From Minisyncoccota bacterium (GTDB lineage: Bacteria > Patescibacteriota > Minisyncoccia > Minisyncoccales > CSSED10-335): a DNA stretch of 64,000 nt. Location of the stretch: NCBI GenBank assembly GCA_028701035.1, contig JAQVRO010000001.1:5497-69496 (forward strand), written 5' to 3'. A model generated the notes under the pieces. That model was not told the DNA's origin. It did no database searches and saw only the letters and a program-made list of their open reading frames with translations. Position numbers and translations under genes: made by a program. This document shows, piece after piece, positions 40,518-50,863 of this stretch (positions within the stretch are counted from its first letter, which is position 1; each line of letters opens with the position of its first letter).

Positions 40518-41462
40518 TTATTTAAGCTCCAATCCTAATTTTTCTAATGCAGATACAATCTCGTCTACCCCCTTGTTACCCATACCATCTATTTCTAATA
40601 AAGACTCTCTGCTCTTTTTAACAAGACCAGCAACGGTTTTTATCTTAGCAGAAGTAAGGCTGTTTATTGTTCTTGAGCCAACACCTAAATCTTCTATTTT
40701 CATCTTTAAAACATCTTCTGTTTTTTCTTCAACCTTAACCGACTCTTCAACAACAACTTCTACTTCTTCGGGAACATCGTTTGATATCTCGCCTAACAGA
40801 GCAAGAAACTGGTTAGATAATATCTTAGCAGCCATATCAAATGCTTCAGTAGGTTCTATTGTTCCATCGGTTTCAACTTCTAAGAATAACTTATCAAAAT
40901 CGGTTCTCTTCCCAACTCTCATATTCTCTACCCTGAAATTGACACTTCTCATTGGTGTAAATATAGCATCTACTGATATTTGACCAACTTCTAGCTTTTC
41001 TCTTTTTTGTTGATCAGCAACAGTATAGCCCAAACCTCTTTCTACTAATATTTCCATTGTTAATTCTGCTTTCTTATCAGTTAAAGTAGCAATATGTTGT
41101 TCGGGATTAATCAGCTCTACTTGAGTAGGCATCTTAAAATCAGCTCCGGTTACCTCCTTTTCCCCTTTTACGCTAAGAATAATTCTCTGAGATTCATCGT
41201 CATGCATCTTAAATCTTAATTTCTTAAGGTTTAAAACAATAGTAATAATATCTTCTAAGACCCCGTCTTTAGTAGTAAACTCATGACTCACTCCATCTAT
41301 TTTAACTTGGGTCACTGATGCTCCCACGATAGAAGAGAACAAAACTCTTCTTAAACTATTTCCTAGAGTAACACCATAGCCAGGATAAAGACCTTCTATT
41401 TCAAAGATAGCTTTGTTTTTATCTTGGTTTATAACTTTTGGCTTTGCGGGTAATAGAATCAT
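40518..41462 (-). CDS. rpoA: RNA polymerase alpha subunit
   Basis: GYGVTLGNSLRRVL, HEF, VENMRVGKRTDFDKL; start moved to MILLP. Confidence 0.97.
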   Translation of the reverse strand: MILLPAKPKVINQDKNKAIFEIEGLYPGYGVTLGNSLRRVLFSSIVGASVTQVKIDGVSHEFTTKDGVLEDIITIVLNLKKLRFKMHDDESQRIILSVKGEKEVTGADFKMPTQVELINPEQHIATLTDKKAELTMEILVERGLGYTVADQQKREKLEVGQISVDAIFTPMRSVNFRVENMRVGKRTDFDKLFLEVETDGTIEPTEAFDMAAKILSNQFLALLGEISNDVPEEVEVVVEESVKVEEKTEDVLKMKIEDLGVGSRTINSLTSAKIKTVAGLVKKSRESLLEIDGMGNKGVDEIVSALEKLGLELK

Positions 41463-41475
41463 ATTTTTATTTTTA

Positions 41476-42111
41476 TTATTTAGAATAAAACTCAAAGATT
41501 AGAGATGTTTCTATCGGAATGTTAGCTTCTTCGGCTGTAGGAAGCTTAACAACCTTTCCTTTAAGGTTATCTTTGTCTAGCGTAAGCCAAAGTGGAGCAG
41601 TAAAACCCTTTAATGTTTTTTTAAGTTCTTGGAATTTTGGCATTTCTCTAGATTCTTTCTTTACTTCAATTTCATCTCCCTCAATTAATTCATAAGAAGG
41701 AATGTCAACCTTCTTACCGTTAACTGTAAAATGTCCATGATTAACCATCTGCCTTGCTTCAGAATGAGATGCGGCAAAACCAAGACGAAATACAACATTA
41801 TCAAATCTACTTTCTAATATTCTCATTAATTGATCTCCGGTGCTAAGATTAGAATCCTTAGAACCACCAGATAAAATATTATTAACATAGCTAGCAAACT
41901 GAGATTCACTTAAGTTGTACCAATTTTTAGCTTTTTGCTTTTCCATTAATCCTTTTCCGTATTCAGATATCTTACCACCTCTCTTTTTTGATCTTATTCC
42001 TGGAGGATAATTTCTTTTGATAATCTCACATTTCTGACCAAAACAACGCTCCCCTTTCAAAAAAAGCTTAACACCTAATCTTCTACAAATTTTACATTTT
42101 GGACCTATCAT
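41476..42111 (-). CDS. rpsD: 30S ribosomal protein S4
   Basis: CKICRR, LESRFDNVVFRLG, ARQMVNHGH. Confidence 0.98.
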   Translation of the reverse strand: MIGPKCKICRRLGVKLFLKGERCFGQKCEIIKRNYPPGIRSKKRGGKISEYGKGLMEKQKAKNWYNLSESQFASYVNNILSGGSKDSNLSTGDQLMRILESRFDNVVFRLGFAASHSEARQMVNHGHFTVNGKKVDIPSYELIEGDEIEVKKESREMPKFQELKKTLKGFTAPLWLTLDKDNLKGKVVKLPTAEEANIPIETSLIFEFYSK

Positions 42112-42115
42112 ATTA

Positions 42116-42532
42116 TTATATTCTTCTTGGTTTCTTAGCTCGACAACCGTTATGAGGAATTGGAGTAACGTCTTTAATTAAAGAAACATCTAAACCTTTA
42201 TTAACCAAAGATCTAATTGCAGAATCTCTACCGCCACCAACTCCCTTAACATATATCCTTACTTTATCTATACCTAACTTTTGAGCTTTTTGAGTAATGG
42301 CATCGGCTACTTTAGAGGCCGCAAAAGGTGTTGCCTTCTTGCTACCCTTAAAGCCAAGATTACCCGAAGTGGACCAACCTAAAACATCTCCATTCTGATT
42401 GGCTAAGGTTATTACAGTATTGTTGTAAGTGCAAGTAATGTAAACACTGGCCTCTTTAATACCCCTTACCTTAGGCTTAACTTCTTTCTTTGCTTCTCCT
42501 TCAGCTTTTTGTATAGTTTGCTTTTTTGCCAT
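42116..42532 (-). CDS. rpsK: 30S ribosomal protein S11
   Basis: YNNTVIT, GFKGSKKATPFAA, DVTPIPHNGCR. Confidence 0.98.
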   Translation of the reverse strand: MAKKQTIQKAEGEAKKEVKPKVRGIKEASVYITCTYNNTVITLANQNGDVLGWSTSGNLGFKGSKKATPFAASKVADAITQKAQKLGIDKVRIYVKGVGGGRDSAIRSLVNKGLDVSLIKDVTPIPHNGCRAKKPRRI

Positions 42533-42540
42533 ATTTCTAA

Positions 42541-42930
42541 TTATTTAGGAGCTGGAGCACCCTTTCTTCCAGAACCAACAGTCTTTTTAACATTGCCTCT
42601 TACTGTTCTGTTGTTAGTTTTAGTTCTCTGTCCACGAACTGGAAGACCCTTCATATGCCTTAATCCTCTCCAACAACTAATTTCTTTTAAACGTTTAACG
42701 TTTAACATTCTATCTTTTCTTAAATCACCCTCTACCTTGTATTCTTTTTCAATAATTTCTTTCAGCTTTTGAACCTCTTCAGAAGTCAACTCTGATGTTT
42801 TCTTGTCTTTATCAATGCCAGCTTGATTTAGTATCTTCTTACTTAAAAAAGGTCCAATCCCAAAAACATATGTGAGCGAAATCTCAACTCTCTTACTTTC
42901 TGGTATGTTTATTCCTGCTATTCTTGGCAT
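42541..42930 (-). CDS. rpsM: 30S ribosomal protein S13
   Basis: Start [10 protein letters not shown]; [17 protein letters not shown]. Confidence 0.97.
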   Translation of the reverse strand: MPRIAGINIPESKRVEISLTYVFGIGPFLSKKILNQAGIDKDKKTSELTSEEVQKLKEIIEKEYKVEGDLRKDRMLNVKRLKEISCWRGLRHMKGLPVRGQRTKTNNRTVRGNVKKTVGSGRKGAPAPK

Positions 42931-42932
42931 AA

Positions 42933-43049
42933 TTATCCTTGTCGCTGTTTGTGCTTTTGATTCGCGGGGCAAATAATATGAATACGGCCCTTTCTTCTAA
43001 CGGCTTTACAGTCTTTACAAATTTTTTTAACAGACGACCTTACTTTCAT
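42933..43049 (-). CDS. rpmJ: 50S ribosomal protein L36 (not in the ORF track)
   Basis: [38 protein letters not shown]. Confidence 0.96.
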   Translation of the reverse strand: MKVRSSVKKICKDCKAVRRKGRIHIICPANQKHKQRQG

Positions 43050-43056
43050 TTAATTA

Positions 43057-43278
43057 TTATTTTTTTCTGTAAACAATTCTTCCTCGGGTATCGGTTGGAG
43101 AGCTCATTTCTAGCGTAACCTTATCTCCTAGCATTACTCTAATACGAAACATTCTCATCTTTCCAGCCAAGTGAGCCATTACTTCCCCACCCTCATCTAA
43201 TTTAACCTTGAAATGAGCATTGGGCAATGCCTCTACTATGACTCCCGTTTTTTGTATAACTCCTTTTTTTTGATCCAT
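43057..43278 (-). CDS. infA: Translation initiation factor IF-1
   Basis: EALPNAHFKV, AHLAGKMR, GDKV, RGRIVYR. Confidence 0.96.
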   Translation of the reverse strand: MDQKKGVIQKTGVIVEALPNAHFKVKLDEGGEVMAHLAGKMRMFRIRVMLGDKVTLEMSSPTDTRGRIVYRKK

Positions 43279-43362
43279 TTTTTAAACCACCCTTTTAAAA
43301 GGTAGAGTACCAAACCACTAACAAGTGGACAATACCAAAAAGTTTAAGTTAAGTCAAGGGGT

Positions 43363-44601
43363 CTACTCGAAATTAATTTCGATAGATATTTTGTCTGAAG
43401 TAGGAACTTTTCTCATCCAAGATGGTCTGGTGTATATAGAAATCTTTTCTATGTTTTGATAATCTCTAAGTATTATCTCTGCTTGATCTAAGCTCATACC
43501 AGCAATCTCACTCTTTAACAAATCTTGTCTTATTGGAGAATAGGATAAGGCAGAAGCGTCTATTAAGATATTGGCTTCGCCAGAAGATATTGACTTTGAA
43601 TCTAGGGTATAGTTATAGTCTAAGCTATCTTGCCATATATTTTTAGGAGAAAACATTACATCAATTACATCTTCTTCGTCGCTAACTTGAGCTAAGAAAG
43701 ATCTAGTTAAAAACTTATTCATATCTTCAACTTTAAAACCCAGAAAACTTACTTCTAGCTTCATATAATAATCAAAGTCTTCGTAGTTCTCCCCCACTTC
43801 TGGCTCAACTGATTCTTCAATAATGATAATGTCTGTTAGATCTTCGCTAAAAGAATATTCGGGGTAACTGTTCTTTACTTCTGTTTTAGCTTCCTCAACT
43901 AGTGCATCGAATAATATTTCTTTAGCACCAACAACATCATCTTCTACTATTTTAGGAGCTTCCCCTGTAAAACCACCCTTTATTGGTGTTTCGTTTTCTG
44001 CATAAATACTACCAAACATTGCAGTTCCTTGAAGTCCCGGTATTGAGAAATTAGTTTTCTTCTCAATATTGTAATCTACTCCAGCTTCAACTGCACGAAC
44101 TAAGACTTCTGCTACACCAGGAGTATCACCACTTTTGCCAGGGACAACAATTCTTTCTGTTGATCTAAAAAGCTTGCCATCGGCTGAGACAAATCTTGTC
44201 TCGGCTATTAATGTTTGATTGTTAGTAGAATACTCATTATATACTTTTAGGGTGCCTTCGGCTTTCTTTTCTTCTACTGATTTACCAGACGAAAGAAAGT
44301 TTCTTTTTTCTTCTTTGTTAATAGTGAAAACTTTAGCAGGAATAACATCATCTTCTATGTGAAGATACTCTGCAGACAACTTAACAGTTTCGTTGTAGCT
44401 AAGCTGTTCGGTTTCAGGCCAAATATTAATTTCGAATTTGAATGTTGAAAAGTATACAAAACCCAAAATAATTAAAAAACCCAATCCAAAGACAACGCCA
44501 ACCTTCTTACTCTTTATGGGACGAAAACTGGGCTTGATAGCACCCACTACACTATCTCTTCTTTTGCTTGGCGGAAATATATCGTATATTTTTTTTGTCA
44601 T
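43363..44601 (-). CDS. Hypothetical membrane-anchored protein (baseplate-J-like motifs)
   Basis: N-terminal TM; KAEGTLKVYN, TRFVSADGKLF, VRAVEAGVDYNI. Confidence 0.65.
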   Translation of the reverse strand: MTKKIYDIFPPSKRRDSVVGAIKPSFRPIKSKKVGVVFGLGFLIILGFVYFSTFKFEINIWPETEQLSYNETVKLSAEYLHIEDDVIPAKVFTINKEEKRNFLSSGKSVEEKKAEGTLKVYNEYSTNNQTLIAETRFVSADGKLFRSTERIVVPGKSGDTPGVAEVLVRAVEAGVDYNIEKKTNFSIPGLQGTAMFGSIYAENETPIKGGFTGEAPKIVEDDVVGAKEILFDALVEEAKTEVKNSYPEYSFSEDLTDIIIIEESVEPEVGENYEDFDYYMKLEVSFLGFKVEDMNKFLTRSFLAQVSDEEDVIDVMFSPKNIWQDSLDYNYTLDSKSISSGEANILIDASALSYSPIRQDLLKSEIAGMSLDQAEIILRDYQNIEKISIYTRPSWMRKVPTSDKISIEINFE

Positions 44602-44641
44602 AATTTGATTATAATATATAAAAATTAAAAATAAAAGGGTC

Positions 44642-46465
44642 TCATTCTAAAACTGCCTTAATTCTTCTAATCCCCTCTCCCGAAGACTCTTGTTTGGTAA
44701 TCCTAAAACTCCCTAATTCCGATGTTCTCTTAGCGTGAGGTCCTCGACATATTTCTCTAGACAAACCACTAATAGAGTAAACCGTAACCAAATCGGGGTA
44801 TCTTTCTCCAAAGAAAGCTAGGGCTCCTGATTTTAGAGCATTGTCTAAGGACATCTCTTCTTTGGTAACCTCTAAATCGTCAGCTATTATTCTATTAACC
44901 ATTTTTTCTACTTCTAAAATTTCTTCATCAGTTAATTTTCTCTCAAAAGAAAAATCAAATCTTAATCTTTCTTTGGTGATATTGCTTCCTCTTTGAGCTA
45001 CACTATCGCCTAAAATATTTCTTAAGGAGTATAGTAAAATATGGGTAGCTGTATGAAGTTTGGTAGTTAAGTCATCACTATCAGCCAATCCGCCCTTAAA
45101 CATCCCAGAGGATGCTGTTTGTGATAATCCTTTGTGCTTATCCATTTCTAAGTTAAAGCTATCCATATCAACTTTTTTGCCACTTTCTTGTGCAAGCTCT
45201 TCGGTAATTTCTATCGGAAAACCATACGTTTGGTATAAATTAAAGGCGTCTTTGCCAGAAATAACATCGCTCTCTATTTTGTTAAACTCCTTTAATCCTT
45301 TATCTAGAGTCTTTCTAAACTTATCTTCTTCTTTCTGAATTTCGCTAACTACAAAATCATAGTTATCTACTAATTCAGGATAATATTCTTTGTAAATATT
45401 AATTACCTCTTTAACCAAATCAACACTAAAAGATTCTATGCCAATATTTCTTCCGTAAACAATAGCTCGCCTTATTAATCTCCTTACAAAATATCCTTGT
45501 TGTTTGTTACTAGGTGGAACTCCCCTTACATCGCCCAAAACAAAACAACTTGCCTTAATATGATCTGCTATAATCTCAAAAGAAACTACATTTTCAGAAT
45601 ACTTTTTTCCAGAGAGTTCTTCTATTTTAGATATTATTGGCAAAAACAAATCGGTTTCAAAGATACTACTTGCACCCACAGAAACCATAGCTAATCGCTC
45701 TAATCCTCCACCAAAATCAACATTCTTGTTCTTTAACTCTTTCCATCCATCTTCTGTTTTAATATATTGCATAAAAACAGAGTTACCAATTTCTATAAAT
45801 CTACCACAATCACAATTAGGATGACAAAACTCTCCATAAGAACTATCATGTTCTTTTCCAGTATCATAAAATGTTTCTGAGTCTGGGCCTCCCAATTCCC
45901 CTACTGCATCGCCTCTTTGCCACCAATTTTTATCCCGATAACTAAATATTTTAAACTTTGAAAAATCAATTTCTTCTTTAGGAGAACCGCTTAACATTTC
46001 CTTGCCCTCATAAGCATCAATACCATGTTTAGTATATATCTTTTTCAAAACCTCTATTGATTCGTTATCTTTTGGAATAGAATCATTACCCAAATATACT
46101 GTTTGATATAATTTGTTAGGATCTAGACCAATTTCGTTAATAATAAAATCAAACCACCAATTGAGTTGCTCTTCTTTAAAATAATCTCCCAAAGACCAAT
46201 TGCCTAACATTTCAAAAAATGTTGTATGACGCTTATCACCAACATCATTGATATCATCGGTTCTAAAAGACCTTTGGTAATTGACTAATCTACTCCCTAA
46301 AGGATGCTTTTCGCCTGAGAGATATTGAGTTAGAGGAAACATACCCGAATTAACAAAAAGTAGCGTAGAGTCATTTTCTGGTATTAAAGAAACCGAAGGA
46401 ATTGTTTTGTGTTCCTTTTGGTTATAAAAAGTTATAAATTTATTTCTGATTTCTTTTGAATTCAT
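44642..46465 (-). CDS. alaS: Alanine--tRNA ligase (short form)
   Basis: LLFVNSGM, HTTFFEMLGNWS, HTATH, EICRGPH; ends GIRRIKAV. Confidence 0.96.
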   Translation of the reverse strand: MNSKEIRNKFITFYNQKEHKTIPSVSLIPENDSTLLFVNSGMFPLTQYLSGEKHPLGSRLVNYQRSFRTDDINDVGDKRHTTFFEMLGNWSLGDYFKEEQLNWWFDFIINEIGLDPNKLYQTVYLGNDSIPKDNESIEVLKKIYTKHGIDAYEGKEMLSGSPKEEIDFSKFKIFSYRDKNWWQRGDAVGELGGPDSETFYDTGKEHDSSYGEFCHPNCDCGRFIEIGNSVFMQYIKTEDGWKELKNKNVDFGGGLERLAMVSVGASSIFETDLFLPIISKIEELSGKKYSENVVSFEIIADHIKASCFVLGDVRGVPPSNKQQGYFVRRLIRRAIVYGRNIGIESFSVDLVKEVINIYKEYYPELVDNYDFVVSEIQKEEDKFRKTLDKGLKEFNKIESDVISGKDAFNLYQTYGFPIEITEELAQESGKKVDMDSFNLEMDKHKGLSQTASSGMFKGGLADSDDLTTKLHTATHILLYSLRNILGDSVAQRGSNITKERLRFDFSFERKLTDEEILEVEKMVNRIIADDLEVTKEEMSLDNALKSGALAFFGERYPDLVTVYSISGLSREICRGPHAKRTSELGSFRITKQESSGEGIRRIKAVLE

Positions 46466-47115
46466 ATAATACTATTAAACTCTGGCTTAAGAGATAATCC
46501 TCCCACCAAAAGACCATCAAAGTTAGAATAATCTAAATAATTATCTTGATTAACGCTACCACCATACAAAACCTTAGAATTAACAACTCCTTTTATTACA
46601 ACCCTCCTATTCTCGGCTATTATCGGGCTACAAGCCTTACCGCTACCAATAGCCCAAAATGGCTCATAGGCAATAATAACTTTACTTAAATCCCTGCCAA
46701 CATCCTTAATAGAATCTTTGATTTGTTTAATTAAATAACTATCATCCAGCTTGTCTTCGCCAACGCATAAAATTACATTAAGGTTGTTTTTTAGAGCAGC
46801 TTTTAGTTTAAGATTAATTGTCTTGCTATCTTCGCCAAATATACTTCTTCTTTCAAAATGACCCAAAATAACATACTTACAACCAAAACTCTTAATCATC
46901 TTTGGCGAAATCTCTCCAGTTAATGAACCGCTGTCTACCCAAGAACAATTCTGAGCTCCAAGCTTAGCATTATTTAATTTAATCTTTCCTAAAAATATAG
47001 ATGGCGGACAAACAACCAAATTAGAAACATCCCTATACCTTCTAATAATAGCTTCCGCTTGCTTTAGTGTCGGCGGATTCATCTTCCAATTAGCAACTAT
47101 TAGTTTCTTTTTCAT
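46462..47115 (-). CDS. tpiA: Triosephosphate isomerase
   Basis: ANWKMN, GAQN, GHFERR, AYEPFWAIG, LYGGSV, LVGG. Confidence 0.95.
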   Translation of the reverse strand: MKKKLIVANWKMNPPTLKQAEAIIRRYRDVSNLVVCPPSIFLGKIKLNNAKLGAQNCSWVDSGSLTGEISPKMIKSFGCKYVILGHFERRSIFGEDSKTINLKLKAALKNNLNVILCVGEDKLDDSYLIKQIKDSIKDVGRDLSKVIIAYEPFWAIGSGKACSPIIAENRRVVIKGVVNSKVLYGGSVNQDNYLDYSNFDGLLVGGLSLKPEFNSII

Positions 47116-48128
47116 ACTTTTTGGTTTCTAAGATATTTGGCGGCTTCTTCTGGCTCAATTGTAGATATTTCTATTCCAACTCCAAGCTCAAAACCAGCCC
47201 AAATAGATGTTTTGGGTAATATTGTCCAATGCCAATGATAATATGAATGATCGGCATTGTCCGATGGAGCCGAGTGAAGATAAAAATTATAAGCTGGGTC
47301 TCCCAAGGCTTTGTATAGCTTCTTTAAAACAACGCGAAAGATATCGGCCAAGCTTTCTTTTTCTGCTTCAGTAATATTTTCGAAATGCGACAGATGTTTT
47401 TTAGGAGAAATGATTACTTGAAATGCAACCTTAGATGCGAAAGGACAAATAGCCATAAAATGTTTGTTTTGATAAACAATTCTCTCTTTCTCTTTTATCT
47501 CCCAATCATTCATTTTACAATAAATACAATCCCCATCTTTTTTATACTTCTTAGATTTAGCTAATGCTTTCTTTAGATCATAATCTATCAGCGGTATACC
47601 CGCTATTTGAGAATGAGGATGGCTCATAGATGCTCCTGCCTCAGGGCCATGATTATGGAATATGGCGACATAATTTATATTATCTTCTTTAATTAGTGCA
47701 TTATACCTATCAGCATAAACATCAATAACTTCTTTTACTTCTAGTAAGGACAACTGCCCCAAAGATTTATTATGATTCTTAGTAACAACAACCTCGTGAG
47801 CACCAACCGCATTCATTGTTTCAAAAAACTCACCTTTCTTTTTCCTATTAAGCTTACTAGAACGAACAAATGCTGGAAATTTATTAGGAATAACAACTGT
47901 GGTCCATTTTTTAATACCCTCAACCTCTTTGCCTTTATAGTATACAAGCAAGGGCTTTTCTTGAGTCTCAATATTACAGAAGAAACAGTCTTTTTTTAGT
48001 GACTTTATTTTACTATCTTTTGGCTTCTTAAAAGACTCGGGCCTTTTGGCCCTACCTGTAGCAATAACAACCCAATTGCCCGATGCTTTGTCTAGGCGTA
48101 ATTCTGATGGAAATTTATCTTCTTTCAT
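47112..48128 (-). CDS. galT: Galactose-1-phosphate uridylyltransferase family protein
   Basis: R.KRP, CFFC, NKFPA, NHGPEAGASMSHPHSQ; start moved to MKEDK. Confidence 0.88.
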   Translation of the reverse strand: MKEDKFPSELRLDKASGNWVVIATGRAKRPESFKKPKDSKIKSLKKDCFFCNIETQEKPLLVYYKGKEVEGIKKWTTVVIPNKFPAFVRSSKLNRKKKGEFFETMNAVGAHEVVVTKNHNKSLGQLSLLEVKEVIDVYADRYNALIKEDNINYVAIFHNHGPEAGASMSHPHSQIAGIPLIDYDLKKALAKSKKYKKDGDCIYCKMNDWEIKEKERIVYQNKHFMAICPFASKVAFQVIISPKKHLSHFENITEAEKESLADIFRVVLKKLYKALGDPAYNFYLHSAPSDNADHSYYHWHWTILPKTSIWAGFELGVGIEISTIEPEEAAKYLRNQKV

Positions 48129-48162
48129 ATTTGATATTATAGCAAATGTTAGGGAAAAAACA

Positions 48163-48186
48163 AGAATCCGCTTAAAAGCGGATTCA
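48163..48186 (-). terminator. Terminator after the pilin gene
   Basis: GAATCCGC-TTAAAA-GCGGATTC, followed on the minus strand by a T-rich run. Confidence 0.65.
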
Positions 48187-48207
48187 AGTATTGGGCACAA
48201 ATCGTAA

Positions 48208-48615
48208 TTATTGAATAACCTCAACCTCCTCTGCTTCTGTAGCATTTGAAGTAATTTTTATTCTTGTGTTGGTTGTTGGATTGTCAAACTGAATCAAATA
48301 GCCATCATCGCCAGTTGAAGGATCTACTGGAATTCCTCCAATATGATCGCCCACTAAATCACTACTACAACTTAATACGGTTGCTGTTGAACCATCGGTT
48401 GGAATACAAGAAGGATAAACTCCTTGGTTTGATATAACATAAGAATAAACTGCGTTGGCAATACTATTCATGTTACTCCATCGTGTTGCATTTCTAGCTT
48501 GTTCAAATTGTCTACCAGGATTAATTGCAATAATAATTGCAGCTGCAAGAATTGCTATAATACCGATAACGATAAGCAACTCAATTAATGTAAAACCTTT
48601 TTTATTGTTCTTCAT
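48208..48615 (-). CDS. Type IV pilin (probable major pilin)
   Basis: Prepilin site KKG|FTLIELLIVIGIIAILAA; small size; own terminator. Confidence 0.9.
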   Translation of the reverse strand: MKNNKKGFTLIELLIVIGIIAILAAAIIIAINPGRQFEQARNATRWSNMNSIANAVYSYVISNQGVYPSCIPTDGSTATVLSCSSDLVGDHIGGIPVDPSTGDDGYLIQFDNPTTNTRIKITSNATEAEEVEVIQ

Positions 48616-48631
48616 ATTTTTTAAAAATAAA

Positions 48632-48994
48632 TTAATTGCCGACCTTTATGAAATCTTGACTAACCCATACTAATAAGTCATTATCTAAAATAATTTGGGA
48701 CCATCCATCAACGCCCCCCACTAATTCGTATTCTCCAGCTTCAATTAATCCAATCTCTTCCGATTCGTAACTAGGTTCAGTATAACCATAAACTTCATCG
48801 CCCGCAATAACTACAAAGTCTTTCATATCTAATTTAGCTTGCTCTATTTGAAACATAACAACGATTCTTTGTTTTAACGGTTGCATGGAATATGGCACAG
48901 GAAAATTAACCACATACCATAGAGAAAATACAAAAAATCCAAGCCCAGCAAATGCTATCATTAATGATGTTAAATATCCCGGTAATTTATCCAT
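48632..48994 (-). CDS. TM + SH3-like small protein, paralog of the C-terminus of the upstream PilM fusion
   Basis: YVVNFPVPYSMQPLKQRI vs YLVLLPVPAPMVPLKHRV; GWSQI..VWVS. Confidence 0.75.
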   Translation of the reverse strand: MDKLPGYLTSLMIAFAGLGFFVFSLWYVVNFPVPYSMQPLKQRIVVMFQIEQAKLDMKDFVVIAGDEVYGYTEPSYESEEIGLIEAGEYELVGGVDGWSQIILDNDLLVWVSQDFIKVGN

Positions 48995-48995
48995 A

Positions 48996-50858
48996 TTATT
49001 CTATAATAGTTTCTTCTAATAATAAATCTTCCTCTGAATCTTCCCCTGACTCTTCCTCTGGCTCATTAATATTAATAACTTCTATGTGTTCTTCGTTTGC
49101 CCAGCCCTCAAAACCTGCTACCTTTAGTTTATACCAAATATCAATTTTTTGCAACAATTCTATTTCATCTTCTACCGTTGCAACATATAAAACTTCGCTC
49201 CTCTCTCCCGGCAAAGCATAGATGTTTATGCCACTTTCAATAAACTCTTCTCTTATCTTAACCAGCAACTCTTCTTTATCTTTTTCTAAATAAAACTGAG
49301 TCATTACTCTGTGTTTTAATGGAACCATTGGTGCAGGGACAGGCAAAAGCACAAGATAAAGTATTGATAACGATAAAAGAAATATACCTGATAGAGCTAC
49401 AATTAACGAAGCCATCAAAACAGATTTTTGCTTACCTTGTTGAGTTTTAATCTCTTTTGCCTTTACTTCAGATGGCAAAAGGTTTATTCCATCTCTTACT
49501 GGATCTTCTGCGCCCCCTCTCAGGGCAAGACCAATAACATTAGAATATATTACTCCTTTAGTATCATCAAGATTACTCGTATCTTTAATTTTAGTTAAAG
49601 GATTGCCAATTTCAACTTTATTCCCAAAGAACTTTTGGAAAAACAAATCAATTTCTGGCAACAGCGCCGAGCCTCCAGCTAGAATAATCCTTTTAATATC
49701 CTTCTTGAATTCTTTCTTATAAAAAGACTCTGCTTCTTTAGCTTCGTTCACTATCCTTACGGCTTCTTTTTCAATTACCGAGTAGAACTGTGTTTGGCTC
49801 TTAAAACCATCCCTTACCTTTATTTCTTCAGCTTTATCTTTAGCTATATTCAAACTATCAGCAATTTTTTGTGTAAAATTAAAACCAGCTACAGGCACAG
49901 AAACAGCGAAACATATCGCACCAGCACTATCGTATACAGATATAATAGTGCTCTTTGCTCCAATATCTAAAATCATCGTATCCTCTATCTCGTCTTTTTT
50001 AACAACTTCTTTCTTCTTTTTAAATACACTTTTCTTGTTCTTGTTTTCTTCAGCAATAGGATCGTAAACCTTTCTTAATAACCCTCGCCCAGTAGCAAAA
50101 GACTCAACATCTAGAGCAACCGGCGTAATATTGGCTGCTCTTAAAAAATAAATATAGTTATCAACAACATCTTTATCTACCGCAACACAAATTACATCTA
50201 TCTGATTCTCTTTTTCTTGATTAGTAATCTTTAAGAAGTCCCAAGATATCTTCTTTAAAGGTAAAGGTATCGTTGTTTCTATCTTCTTAGTTAGCGCGTT
50301 ATAAAAGTTTTCTTTTGCATCTATTTGAAAATGATATATGTATGTTTTGCTCTCTGGTAAGCTAATAATCGCCTTTAGCTCTTTTATCTCTTCGGCAATC
50401 AAAGGAAATGGTTTTGTTTCTTTTAGAGTTTTGTTTAAGATGCTTATTAATTCCTTTTGGTTCTTGATATCCCCATCTTCCACAATACCTTCTGGTAATA
50501 TGGCTCTACCATAAGAGACAATTTTGCCTTGCCTGTTTAACTGCATTATCTCTATTGAGTGGTCACTTACATCTATACCAACGACTGGTTGCTTAGTGAC
50601 ATCTAATAAATCACTAACAACTTGAGATTGCCTAATTTTAGCCAACTGCAACTTCCAACCTTCATTAGGTTTTTCTTTTTTAATTTCTTTGCTTTGCTTA
50701 ATAATCTCGTTTATAATCTGAGTTGGGTTGGCGCCTCTTTTCTGGGCCTGCTCTAACAAAGCTTTCTTTTCTGGATTTGATTCAATTATCTTCTTTAATA
50801 TTAAATCATCTCCGGCTCCTCTTTCTCTAGCTTTTTTAATTGTTTCTTCTATTGACAT
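48996..50858 (-). CDS. pilM: PilM-like pilus assembly protein fused to an INLLP/TM segment and an SH3b-like domain
   Basis: VVGIDVSDHSI, GIVEDGDI, ILDIGAKST, ILAGGSALL, IGLALR, then GINLLP, TM, WYKLKVAGFEGWA. Confidence 0.82.
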   Translation of the reverse strand: MSIEETIKKARERGAGDDLILKKIIESNPEKKALLEQAQKRGANPTQIINEIIKQSKEIKKEKPNEGWKLQLAKIRQSQVVSDLLDVTKQPVVGIDVSDHSIEIMQLNRQGKIVSYGRAILPEGIVEDGDIKNQKELISILNKTLKETKPFPLIAEEIKELKAIISLPESKTYIYHFQIDAKENFYNALTKKIETTIPLPLKKISWDFLKITNQEKENQIDVICVAVDKDVVDNYIYFLRAANITPVALDVESFATGRGLLRKVYDPIAEENKNKKSVFKKKKEVVKKDEIEDTMILDIGAKSTIISVYDSAGAICFAVSVPVAGFNFTQKIADSLNIAKDKAEEIKVRDGFKSQTQFYSVIEKEAVRIVNEAKEAESFYKKEFKKDIKRIILAGGSALLPEIDLFFQKFFGNKVEIGNPLTKIKDTSNLDDTKGVIYSNVIGLALRGGAEDPVRDGINLLPSEVKAKEIKTQQGKQKSVLMASLIVALSGIFLLSLSILYLVLLPVPAPMVPLKHRVMTQFYLEKDKEELLVKIREEFIESGINIYALPGERSEVLYVATVEDEIELLQKIDIWYKLKVAGFEGWANEEHIEVININEPEEESGEDSEEDLLLEETIIE

Positions 50859-50863
50859 TTAAT

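Noticed and set aside
43363-44601. Prophage, suggested by baseplate-J-like motifs
   Set aside because: Single membrane-anchored gene among housekeeping genes with no other phage genes.
44642-46465. Truncated alaS (and Zn-finger-less holB, short L13) as pseudogenes
   Set aside because: Reading frames and catalytic motifs are intact; compact forms are expected in reduced genomes.
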